DNA of 64,000 nucleotides from Phycisphaerae bacterium (lineage in GTDB: Bacteria; Planctomycetota; Phycisphaerae; UBA1845): positions 2,080,001-2,144,000 of the forward strand of contig CAXXGO010000006.1 of assembly GCA_963666835.2 (NCBI GenBank), in the 5' to 3' direction. Both the position numbers and the translations under genes were made by a program. The first letter of the stretch is position 1, and each line of letters begins with the position of its first letter. The notes under the pieces are model-generated. The model had not been told where the DNA came from. It worked only from the letters and a program-made list of their open reading frames with translations, and searched no databases. This document shows, piece by piece, positions 43,192 through 52,277 of this stretch.

Positions 43192-45888
43192 ATGGCAACA
43201 CCGCCGGCGGAAGACATCCGAGCGCTCATCAGACGCTCCGATGCGAACTGCATCAACTGTTTTCAGGGTGCCACCACCCTTTGCCAGTCGCGAACTCACT
43301 TCGAGATCGCGCCGGAGCATCTGCTGCTGCGCTTGATGGACGATACCAGCGGAGACGTTACGCGGATCTTCGAGACCTTCAAGGTCGATCGGGCGCAGGT
43401 TCGCCGGGCGGTCCAGAAGATCCTCGAGGACGTTCCGGCCGGACATCGCGGCCGGCCCGTGCTCTCCCCCAAGTTGGTGGAGTTGTTCCAGTCTGCGGCG
43501 GTTCTGGCTGACGAATTCGGCTTCGAACAGATCAGACCGGGTCTGCTGATTCTCGCGCTGACGCTTAACCCCGGGCATACTCGAGTCGGCGAGTTCACTC
43601 CGGAACTGGAGCGCATCGACGTCGATCAACTTCGGGACCATTTCCATGAGATAGTCATGGGTTCCGCGTCCACCGCGGGCGGGGCGGAACCGGGACCGGT
43701 CGGTCCGGTGGAGGGTGGAGCTTTAGCCCAGTTCACTGTGGACCTGACCGCCAAGGCCCGGGCGGGGGAGATAGACCCGGTCTTCGGGCGCGATCACGAA
43801 ATCCGCCAGATGATCGACATTTTCGCGCGGCGGCGCAAGAACAACCCCATTCTGGTCGGCGAACCGGGTACCGGAAAGACGGCGATTGTCGAAGGTCTGG
43901 CCCTGCGTATCGTTGAAGGTGACGTTCCCCCGACACTGAAGGACGTGAAGCTCATTGCGTTGGATCTCGGGTTATTGCAGGCCGGGGCCGGGGTGAAGGG
44001 TGAGTTTGAGAACCGGCTGAAGAACGTAATAAAGGAAATCAAGCAAAGCGAGCAGCCGATTGTCACGCTGATCGACGAAGCCCATCAGTTGGTCGGAGCC
44101 GGCGGGGCGGCCGGAGCCGGCGATGCGTCCAACCTGCTCAAGCCGGCCTTGGCTCGCGGCGAGCTGCGTACGGTCGCGGCCACGACTTGGTCGGAGTACA
44201 AGAAGTACTTCGAGAAGGACGCGGCGCTGGAGCGACGGTTCCAACTGGTTCGTTGCGACGAACCCACCGTCGAGAATGCCATCGTCATGTTGCGGGGGCT
44301 CAAGGACAAGTACGAGAAGCACCACAAGGTCGTGGTCCTGGACGAGGCGGTCTCGGCCGCGGTGAAGATCTCCGCCCGGTACATCAGCGGACGGTTCTTG
44401 CCGGACAAGGCCGTCGACCTTCTGGACACTGCTGCTGCTCGCGTCGGCGTTGCGCTGAGCACGCGACCGGCCGGCTTGGAGGACCTCGATCGACGACTCA
44501 ACGGCCTGGAAACGGCTCTTTCCGCGGTGCGCCGGGACGAGACCGGCGGGATCGCGGTGGACGAGACCATGCTGACGGAGATGGAGGAGACTCGCGAGTC
44601 ACTCTTGACTGAGCGCGGGGAGATTGAGAAGCGCTGGCAGGACGAACTCGCTGCCGTCAATCGGGTGATTGAGTTGCGGGCTCAGCTTAAGGGCTTTGCG
44701 GATCCATCGCAGCAAACGGTCGGGGTGGACGAAGAGGCTTCGCCGGAGTCGACCGCGGAAGCGAAGTCAGACGACGCTCCCGCGGATGACGGCGAACTAC
44801 GCGAGCAGCTCACTGAGGCCATGAAGGCGTTGCGCGACCTTCAGGGCGAGACCCCGCTGGTCTTTCCGCATGTGGACGCCGCGGCCGTGGCGGCGGTAGT
44901 ATCGGATTGGACGGGTATTCCGGTGGGCAGCATGGTCCAGGACGAGATTGACGCGGCGCTAAGGATGGAAGACCGTCTGCGGGAGCGCGTCGTGGGGCAG
45001 GACCATGCCCTGTCGATAATCTCCGAGAAGTTACGGATTTCCAAGGCCCACCTCGGCAATCCGGATCAACCGATGGGCGTGTTCCTTTGCGTCGGACCCA
45101 GCGGGGTGGGCAAGACGGAACTGGCGCTGGCCGTGGCCGATCTGCTGTTCGGTGGAGAGCGTTTCCTGACTACGATCAACATGTCGGAGTTCATGGAAGC
45201 GCACACCGTATCACAACTGAAAGGCTCGCCGCCGGGTTACGTGGGCTACGGTGAGGGCGGTGTGTTGACCGAAGCGGTTCGGCAGCACCCCTATTCGGTT
45301 GTGTTGATGGATGAAGTCGAGAAGGCCCACCCGGACGTCATGAACCTCTTCTATCAGGTGTTTGACAAGGGATCGCTGGCGGATGGGGAGGGTCGGATCG
45401 TCAACTTCCGCAACACGGTCATCATCATGACGAGCAATCTCGGCACCGATGTGATCCAGGGAGTCTGCGAGGCAGAGGATGACGTTGATTACCACGATTT
45501 GCGCGAGGCGATCTACCCGCATCTTCGCGAGCATTTCAAGCCGGCGCTGGTGGCGCGGATGACGGTGATCCCGTTCTTGACACTCGGCGAGGAGATCCTC
45601 CGGTCCATTGCGAAGATGAAGCTGGCCAAGGTTACCCGGCGGCTAACGGAGGCTCATGGGATTTCCTTCAGGGTCGAAGATGAGGTTTACGCTCAGATGG
45701 CCGCGCGGTGTAACCAGGTGGATGTCGGGGCCCGGCAGATTGACCATCTGCTAGATCAGACAGTGTTGCCGGAGCTTTCGCGCCGCCTGCTGGAACGCAT
45801 GGGGCAGGAGACGATGCCGGGAGCTATTGTCATGGAAACGGACGAGGCAGGCGATTTCGCCTACCGCTTTGCAGAGAAGGAAACGTAG
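43192..45888 (+). CDS. tssH: T6SS AAA+ ATPase ClpV/TssH
   Basis: [67 protein letters not shown]. Confidence 0.98.
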   Translation: MATPPAEDIRALIRRSDANCINCFQGATTLCQSRTHFEIAPEHLLLRLMDDTSGDVTRIFETFKVDRAQVRRAVQKILEDVPAGHRGRPVLSPKLVELFQSAAVLADEFGFEQIRPGLLILALTLNPGHTRVGEFTPELERIDVDQLRDHFHEIVMGSASTAGGAEPGPVGPVEGGALAQFTVDLTAKARAGEIDPVFGRDHEIRQMIDIFARRRKNNPILVGEPGTGKTAIVEGLALRIVEGDVPPTLKDVKLIALDLGLLQAGAGVKGEFENRLKNVIKEIKQSEQPIVTLIDEAHQLVGAGGAAGAGDASNLLKPALARGELRTVAATTWSEYKKYFEKDAALERRFQLVRCDEPTVENAIVMLRGLKDKYEKHHKVVVLDEAVSAAVKISARYISGRFLPDKAVDLLDTAAARVGVALSTRPAGLEDLDRRLNGLETALSAVRRDETGGIAVDETMLTEMEETRESLLTERGEIEKRWQDELAAVNRVIELRAQLKGFADPSQQTVGVDEEASPESTAEAKSDDAPADDGELREQLTEAMKALRDLQGETPLVFPHVDAAAVAAVVSDWTGIPVGSMVQDEIDAALRMEDRLRERVVGQDHALSIISEKLRISKAHLGNPDQPMGVFLCVGPSGVGKTELALAVADLLFGGERFLTTINMSEFMEAHTVSQLKGSPPGYVGYGEGGVLTEAVRQHPYSVVLMDEVEKAHPDVMNLFYQVFDKGSLADGEGRIVNFRNTVIIMTSNLGTDVIQGVCEAEDDVDYHDLREAIYPHLREHFKPALVARMTVIPFLTLGEEILRSIAKMKLAKVTRRLTEAHGISFRVEDEVYAQMAARCNQVDVGARQIDHLLDQTVLPELSRRLLERMGQETMPGAIVMETDEAGDFAYRFAEKET

Positions 45889-46010
45889 CCTGCGGTCGGG
45901 CGTAATCTGCGACCGGCACCGGCTGGCTCCGGCGGGTGCCGGGGTGAATCAGGTGTCGTAATGAAGGCGCTATCGCGCCGAGGTGCGCGAGTGCGAGGGA
46001 GCCGGAAGCC

Positions 46011-48443
46011 ATGGCTTTGATACGTGATTTGAGTGAGGCGCAACTGGCCTTTCAGGTGGCCGGCGGTGAGGTCGATCAGTTTTCGGTGAACCGGTACCGG
46101 GGCACGGAGGGGCTCTGCCGGCTATACCGGTTTGAAATAGAGCTGTCGTCTACCGATGAAGCGGTGGTCTTCGATGATATCGTTGGCAAGCCGGCGGTTC
46201 TGAGCATCAATACGGAAAACGGCACACGCTGGTTTCACGGTATTGTAGGCCGCTTCGAGTTGACCGGCGAGACTGCAGACCAGAATTACTACCGGGCGGA
46301 ACTAGTGCCGAGTGTTTGGCTGCTGACGCACCGGTACGGCTCTCGGATCTTTCAGGCTAAGACGGTTGTCGAGATCATCAACGATGTGCTGGTGCAGGCT
46401 GGAATCCCCTCAGACCGTTTCAATCTCGGCGACTTGACGCGAACGTACGCACCGCGCGACTACTGTGTGCAGTATCGCGAGACGGACTACAACTTCATCT
46501 GCCGCCTGATGGAAGAGGAAGGAATCTGGTGGTATTTTCAACAGACTGAGGAGGGGCATACCCTGGTCGCGGCGGACGCCGCCTCCGCCTATGCGCCGAT
46601 CGAAGGCGGAGCCGAGGTGCCGTATCATCCCCCGGCCGGGATGAACGTGGAGACGGAGCACGTCTTTCGTTTTCGGTTGGGGCAATCGGTGCGGCCGGGC
46701 GCGGTCGTTCTTAACGACTTCAACTTTGAGAACCCGGCGCTCGACCTGGAGTCCGCCAGTAACGCGGGGCGGGATCCCGGTCTGGAGTTCAGCGACTATC
46801 CGGGCGAATACGCCGAACAAGGCGCGGGAGGGAGCCTGGCCCAACTCCGCGTCGAAGAGTTCGAAGCCAGCCGTTTCCGCGGCACCGGGCAGAGCAATTC
46901 ATACCGCTTCAGCCCCGGCAAGACCTTTGAACTGGTCGAGCACCCCAGTGAACCGATCAACCGTTCTTACCTGATCACTGCAGTGACCCACGAGGGACGT
47001 CAGTCGGTTTCCCGTACCACCGGTCCGGCGGGCGAGGAGAACGGGCGTGGTGATCGCACGGCGCAGCGTACGAGTACGGAGTGGCTCTTCCATGGCGGAC
47101 AGGTGGCGCGGGATGTACCCAGTGCCGCGGCGGTGTCCGGTGGAGATCCGGTCGGGGCCATGGCACTCCCGAATCAGTTGAATGACGCCCCGGCGCCGGG
47201 CGTTGGAGAGGGTACCCTGTCGGTATACGAGACGTCCTTCGAGTGTATTCCGTCGGAGGTCACCTATCGCCCGCCGCGAATCACGCCCTGGCCCGTAATG
47301 CGCGGAGCCCAGACGGCGCGCGTGGTAGGCCCGGCCGGCGAGGAGATTTACACCGACGAGTATGGCAGGGTGAAGGTCCATTTCAATTGGGATCGCGAAG
47401 GGCCGTTCGGTGAGTCGGATTCGTGCTGGATCCGGGTCAGCCAGGGCATGTCCGGTGGGCAATACGGGATGATGTTCCTGCCACGGGTGGGCCAGGAGGT
47501 GATTGTCGACTTCCTGGAAGGCGATCCCGACAAGCCGATCATCACCGGTCGGGTCTTTAACCAGGACCACATGCCGCCCTATACTCTGCCCGCCGAGAAG
47601 ACCAAGAGTGTCATCAAGACGCAAAGCAGTAAGGGTGGCGGGGGGACCAACGAGATCCGGTTTGAAGACCTTAAGGGTAGTGAGCAGATTCTCATTCACG
47701 GGCAGAAGGACCTGCACATTAACGTCGGGAACGATCGGGTCGAGAACATCGGACACGACCACCATCTGACGGTCAAGGAGAACAAGTTCGAGCTGGTCAA
47801 GAAGGCCAATAACATTGAGGTGAAACTGGACCAGAATGAGAAGATCGGGGGCAAGAAGTCCCTTGATGTCGGCGGGGATGTGGTAGAGAAGTTTGGCGGC
47901 AACCACAAGAGTGAGGTCACTATGACTCAGGCCGTCAAAGCTCTGAGCATCAAGCTGGAAGCTTCTACCGGTATCGAGCTGAAGTGCGGGGGCAGCAGTA
48001 TCGTCTTGACGCCGGCGGCGATTTTCATTGTCGGCGGGCCGCTGGTGAACATCAACAGCGGATCCGGACCGCCCGTTGGTCCGGTCACGGCGACGGCTGC
48101 GGCGCCGGAAGCGCCGGTAGATGCGGACAGCGCCGAGCCCGGTCGCGACGTCACTTACTCCGGCGGCGGACAACTTGTCGAAGGCGATGAAGTTTCAGGC
48201 ATTGCCGGACACACCTTCGAAGGGGAAGAGCCGGAGGAGCCGGAGACGAGCTGGATCGAGATTGAGCTGAAGGACGATCAAGGAAACCCGATACCCTATG
48301 AGCGTTTTGAGGTCAAGCTTCCTAACGGTAGGGTGCGGAGGGGGTCACTGGACCGGAATGGCTTGGCTCATATTGCTTCGCCGCCGGGTGAGTGTGAGAT
48401 TACATTCCCCAACTTAGACCAAGAGGGGTGGGGGCGAGATTGA
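46011..48443 (+). CDS. vgrG: T6SS spike VgrG/TssI with a C-terminal transthyretin-like extension
   Basis: YCVQYRETDYNFICRLMEEEG, QTARVVGPAGEEIYTDEYGRVKV, PRVGQEVIVDFLEGDPD, gp5 beta-repeats, DUF2345-like tail, WIEIELKDDQGNP domain. Confidence 0.97.
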   Translation: MALIRDLSEAQLAFQVAGGEVDQFSVNRYRGTEGLCRLYRFEIELSSTDEAVVFDDIVGKPAVLSINTENGTRWFHGIVGRFELTGETADQNYYRAELVPSVWLLTHRYGSRIFQAKTVVEIINDVLVQAGIPSDRFNLGDLTRTYAPRDYCVQYRETDYNFICRLMEEEGIWWYFQQTEEGHTLVAADAASAYAPIEGGAEVPYHPPAGMNVETEHVFRFRLGQSVRPGAVVLNDFNFENPALDLESASNAGRDPGLEFSDYPGEYAEQGAGGSLAQLRVEEFEASRFRGTGQSNSYRFSPGKTFELVEHPSEPINRSYLITAVTHEGRQSVSRTTGPAGEENGRGDRTAQRTSTEWLFHGGQVARDVPSAAAVSGGDPVGAMALPNQLNDAPAPGVGEGTLSVYETSFECIPSEVTYRPPRITPWPVMRGAQTARVVGPAGEEIYTDEYGRVKVHFNWDREGPFGESDSCWIRVSQGMSGGQYGMMFLPRVGQEVIVDFLEGDPDKPIITGRVFNQDHMPPYTLPAEKTKSVIKTQSSKGGGGTNEIRFEDLKGSEQILIHGQKDLHINVGNDRVENIGHDHHLTVKENKFELVKKANNIEVKLDQNEKIGGKKSLDVGGDVVEKFGGNHKSEVTMTQAVKALSIKLEASTGIELKCGGSSIVLTPAAIFIVGGPLVNINSGSGPPVGPVTATAAAPEAPVDADSAEPGRDVTYSGGGQLVEGDEVSGIAGHTFEGEEPEEPETSWIEIELKDDQGNPIPYERFEVKLPNGRVRRGSLDRNGLAHIASPPGECEITFPNLDQEGWGRD

Positions 48444-51166
48444 TGTCACAATTCAGATCAGCTATGGATAGAGTATCCTCCGTCGCCGACCAAGCGCGAG
48501 ACGCGGTCTCCGGCGCGCAGCAAGCGGCCCAGCAGCTCGGCGATCAAGTCGAGGGAGGACTCGTTACCGTTCGCGAAGGCGACTGGATCATGCAGTTGGC
48601 GGAGGAATTCGGACTCCCCAACTGGCAGAAGGTCTGGAATGCCCCGGAGAACCAGGAACTGCGGGAAAGGCGTATCCACCCTAATCTTCTGCAGCCCGGA
48701 GATCGGGTTTTCATCCCGTCCCTGCAGCAGAAGACGGACAACGGGGAGACCGAGGTTCGCCACAGATTCACGAAGCCTACCCCGAAGGCGATGATCCGCT
48801 TGGTTATGGAAAACGCGGAGCGCGTTCCCCTGGCCGGTGCCCAATACGTTATGCAGATTCGCGATCAGATCATCACCGGAATGACTGATGCGCAGGGCAA
48901 GATAGAGCACGAAATACCGCTCGGGGTCGAGCGGATCGCCTTGCGCTTCCAGGGGGAGATGGCCGATCGGATCGGATTTCTGCAACAGGGGTTGATCGCG
49001 CCGCAACTCGCCTCCGACTACAACACCATCCGCGCGTTCTTCAAGACTCCGATGGACCCGGAGTACGTGGCCGGTTTGCGTCTGCAAGCCAAGAAACTCG
49101 TCTCCGGGGTTACCGGCATCCTGCAAGGGCAGATCGACGGAGTGGTTGAGAAGGGGGCGGGGCTGCTCGACTACGTCGACGAGCACGCCGGCGAGATTCT
49201 CGGCAAGATCGCCGAGGCCGAGGGCGTCGTTTCCGGGAAGATCGACGAAATTGCCGGACAGGTTTCCGACAAGGCCGGCCAATTGGCCGACAAGGGACGC
49301 GGTTTGCTGGACCAGGCTCAGGGGCAAGTGGACAAGGCCTCCGGAATGGCGGCGGCGTTGGAAGCTCAGGCACGGCAGATGGCGGGCGAGGCAGCCGGCA
49401 AGGCTCAAGGCGTGATTGACGACGTAGTTTCGCGGGCCGATCAGGCCGTCGACCAGTTCGAGGGCCAGGTAAACGCGGCTATGGCCAAGATGATTCAGGC
49501 CGAGCAGCAAGCCCGGGCGAAGATCTCCGAGACGGCCGGCCAGGCCCGCGGGGCGATTGAAGAAGGCGTCCAACGTGGCACCGACGCGGTTCAACAGACC
49601 GAAGCCCGAGTCCAGGCTGCTATTGACGAAGCCCATCGGGCATACGCGGGTACCGTTCAGGAAGGTACCGAACGAGCCCAGGCTGCCGTCGACGAAGCCT
49701 CCCGTGCCGCTCAGGAGTACGTTACCGATTTGGTCGACAGGAATGTCGATCGGGCTCAGAACTGGTTGAATGGCAAGTTGTACGAGGCGCAGCAGCGCCT
49801 TCATGAGGGGATTGGACAAGCTGCCGACGCAGGGCGCGAGGCTTATGGGCAGGCTCGGGCAGCGGCCAACAATGCCGCCGATGCCGTCGAGGCTCAGTCG
49901 CGCAGTTTGTTGGGCGAGTTCGGCCGACTCATGCACGAGGCGACGGACAACCTCGGGGAGCAGGCCAAGAAGCTGGCTCGTGATCTCGGCATCCCCGCCG
50001 ACGGCGTTATCGACGGACTTATGCAGGAAGGTCATCGTCTGATCCAGGATGGCGAGCAGCAGGGTCAGGAGTTGATCACCAAAGGCCGCAGCCGCGCCGA
50101 GGACGGCATGCAGCAGGTCGATCAGCAGGTCGAGACGGGTATTTCCCAGGCCGAGGAGGAAGTGACAACCGCTGTCGATCAGGAGGTCGATCGCGCTTAC
50201 GCCCAGATCGATCAGTGCTCCCGGGAAGCCAAGCAGGCTTCCGAGGAGGCTCGCCAGCAGATTGTCGATACCGCCGGGCAGGTGAAGGACGGGATAGGGC
50301 AAGCCGGTCAGGCTGCCCAGGATGCCGGGCAGCAAGTTGCTGATGCCGCGTCGCAAGCAACGCAACAGGCTTCGCAGGCCGTTCAAGGAGGTATGCAGCA
50401 GGCCGGGCAGGCCGCCACCAATGCGGTCGGCCAAGCGGAGTCGGCCGCCCAGGGCGCGGTGGATCAAGCCGCGGCGATGCGCGACCAGATGCACGGGAAG
50501 GTGCAGGATGGTATCGGACAAGTTCGCGAGGGGATCGGGCAGGCCCAGGAGCAGGCCCAAGCTTACGTTGAAGCGGCGAAGCAGGCCGTGGAGGGCGGTA
50601 TTGGAAAGGTCGGCGAGATGCGCCGGGAGCTGGCCGCTCGCGCCGGCGAGGCGATCTCGCGCGGGCGCGAAGCAGTCGATGAAGCTGAGAAACAAGCCCA
50701 GGCGGCTGTCGAGAAGGGTAGGCAGGCGGCTCAGGACGCTGTCGGGAAGGTGACGGAGGCACGCGAAAAAGCTACTGAGATGCTCTCGGATGCCACGGGA
50801 CGTGCCCGCAGGGCAATCACTGACACGGCCATGCAAGCCCAGGAGGCCGTTGCTGACGCGGGAGCGCAGGTTACCCAGGCGTTCGACATCTTCAACGATG
50901 CGGATCTTGGGCAGTTGCTTCCCAATCCGGAGGATCTGCTCGAGCAGATTCCGCTGAATATCGGTCACCTCGATCCGGGCAATGAACTTAGCGGGGTGAT
51001 CGGGCGGTTGGACAATCTCGGCTTCGACGCCGGGCCGGCCCATGCGTTTATGGGCCAAGCTACTCGCGAAGCTATCCGGCGGTTCCAGCATGTGGAAGGA
51101 CTGGTGACCAGCGGCGAGATTGATGCCGGCACTCTGGGGAGACTCATAGAACGGCACGGCTGCTGA
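48443..51166 (+). CDS. LysM, transthyretin-like, long Ala/Gln-rich helical repeat and peptidoglycan-binding domain protein (T6SS-associated)
   Basis: VREGDW...HPNLLQPGDRVFIP (LysM-like); C-terminal RLDNLGF...TREAIRRFQ...GLVTSGEID (PG_binding_1-like); TGATG coupling with vgrG. Confidence 0.8.
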   Translation: MSQFRSAMDRVSSVADQARDAVSGAQQAAQQLGDQVEGGLVTVREGDWIMQLAEEFGLPNWQKVWNAPENQELRERRIHPNLLQPGDRVFIPSLQQKTDNGETEVRHRFTKPTPKAMIRLVMENAERVPLAGAQYVMQIRDQIITGMTDAQGKIEHEIPLGVERIALRFQGEMADRIGFLQQGLIAPQLASDYNTIRAFFKTPMDPEYVAGLRLQAKKLVSGVTGILQGQIDGVVEKGAGLLDYVDEHAGEILGKIAEAEGVVSGKIDEIAGQVSDKAGQLADKGRGLLDQAQGQVDKASGMAAALEAQARQMAGEAAGKAQGVIDDVVSRADQAVDQFEGQVNAAMAKMIQAEQQARAKISETAGQARGAIEEGVQRGTDAVQQTEARVQAAIDEAHRAYAGTVQEGTERAQAAVDEASRAAQEYVTDLVDRNVDRAQNWLNGKLYEAQQRLHEGIGQAADAGREAYGQARAAANNAADAVEAQSRSLLGEFGRLMHEATDNLGEQAKKLARDLGIPADGVIDGLMQEGHRLIQDGEQQGQELITKGRSRAEDGMQQVDQQVETGISQAEEEVTTAVDQEVDRAYAQIDQCSREAKQASEEARQQIVDTAGQVKDGIGQAGQAAQDAGQQVADAASQATQQASQAVQGGMQQAGQAATNAVGQAESAAQGAVDQAAAMRDQMHGKVQDGIGQVREGIGQAQEQAQAYVEAAKQAVEGGIGKVGEMRRELAARAGEAISRGREAVDEAEKQAQAAVEKGRQAAQDAVGKVTEAREKATEMLSDATGRARRAITDTAMQAQEAVADAGAQVTQAFDIFNDADLGQLLPNPEDLLEQIPLNIGHLDPGNELSGVIGRLDNLGFDAGPAHAFMGQATREAIRRFQHVEGLVTSGEIDAGTLGRLIERHGC

Positions 51167-51167
51167 T

Positions 51168-51191
51168 GGGCAGGCTGGAAGCCTGCGTTAC
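51168..51191. repeat. Single REP-like palindrome
   Basis: gcaggc-tggaa-gcctgc-gttac, directly after the stop codon; related to the gcaggcaggatgcctacgctac REP at 15.1-15.4 kb. Confidence 0.55.
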
Positions 51192-51287
51192 GGGTGTTGA
51201 TTAGCGGCGTGGCAGTGGTCTTTGAGAAGGACATCGGGCGAATGATGGCGGGGACCTGCGACCGCCCCGTGCGAAGGAGCATTTGAT

Positions 51288-52178
51288 ATGCCCCCGGCAG
51301 CGAGAGTTACTGATATGCACACGTGCCCGATGGTGACGGGTGTGGTGCCGCACGTGGGCGGGCCGATACTCCCGCCGGGACATCCCACCACCATGATCGG
51401 GTTCATGCCGGCCGCCAGGGTCGGCGATATGCTAACCTGCGCCGGTCCGCCGGACACGATCGTCAGAGGGTCGCCGACGGTGCTGATTGGGAACATGCCG
51501 GCGGCCAGAATGGGCGACAACACCGCGCACGGCGGAGTCATTGTTGTCGGACACCCTACCACGATGATCGGCGATGCCGGTAGCGGTGGCGGCGGCGGTG
51601 GCGGGGGTGGTGGCCTCGGCGGCGGCGGAGCCGGGTCCGGAGACGGTCGGGTGCTCTCCGGCCCGGATGAGCAGCTTCGCCAGGAGGTTGTCGAAGCGGG
51701 CAGCATCAGCGGTCCGGCGATTGTCAGCGGGGTCAGTGAAGATCAGGTTGGTCCGCTTGAGCCGGACGAATCGACACAGGATCCGACGTGGATCGCGGTT
51801 ACCGTTCAGGACTTCGATGGCACCGCTATTGCGAACCAGGACGTGACCATCACGCTGGACGACGGTCAGGTCCGGTCCGGTCGCACCGATGAAGAGGGCC
51901 GCGTCAGGTTTGAAGACGTCCACCCGGACCAGGGGCAAGCATCTATCAGTGGCATCTCGGACGAGCAGGAACACGAGGCGGAGCAGCGCGACGAACCCTC
52001 GGACAGTGGTGAAGAGCGGACGCAAACGCAAGGACGGACCGCGGGCCGGCCGCCGGATCGGCCGACGCCCGAGGATGACGCTCCGTCTGACGAGGAGCTG
52101 CTCGCGCAGTTCCCGGCTGACCTTGAGTGGTTCGAAGACGACGAGGAGAACGAAGATCAGGCGGAACAACCGACGTGA
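51288..52178 (+). CDS. PAAR domain protein with a Gly linker, transthyretin-like domain and acidic tail
   Basis: Three PAAR motifs (PAARVTD, PAARVGD, PAARMGD) with HTCP, PH and TAHGG metal ligands. Confidence 0.95.
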   Translation: MPPAARVTDMHTCPMVTGVVPHVGGPILPPGHPTTMIGFMPAARVGDMLTCAGPPDTIVRGSPTVLIGNMPAARMGDNTAHGGVIVVGHPTTMIGDAGSGGGGGGGGGGLGGGGAGSGDGRVLSGPDEQLRQEVVEAGSISGPAIVSGVSEDQVGPLEPDESTQDPTWIAVTVQDFDGTAIANQDVTITLDDGQVRSGRTDEEGRVRFEDVHPDQGQASISGISDEQEHEAEQRDEPSDSGEERTQTQGRTAGRPPDRPTPEDDAPSDEELLAQFPADLEWFEDDEENEDQAEQPT

Positions 52179-52277
52179 TGACTCTTACGTGTCACCAGCC
52201 GCGGAGTTGAAGGGGATTGATGACCGGCGCGATGATGAAGAGCTTGAGTCTGATTGTGCCGGGCGGAGTTTCTGGCG

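Noticed and set aside
48458..51157. 899-aa minus-strand ORF
   Set aside because: Antisense shadow of the 48443-51166 gene, expected from GC-rich codon bias; no motifs
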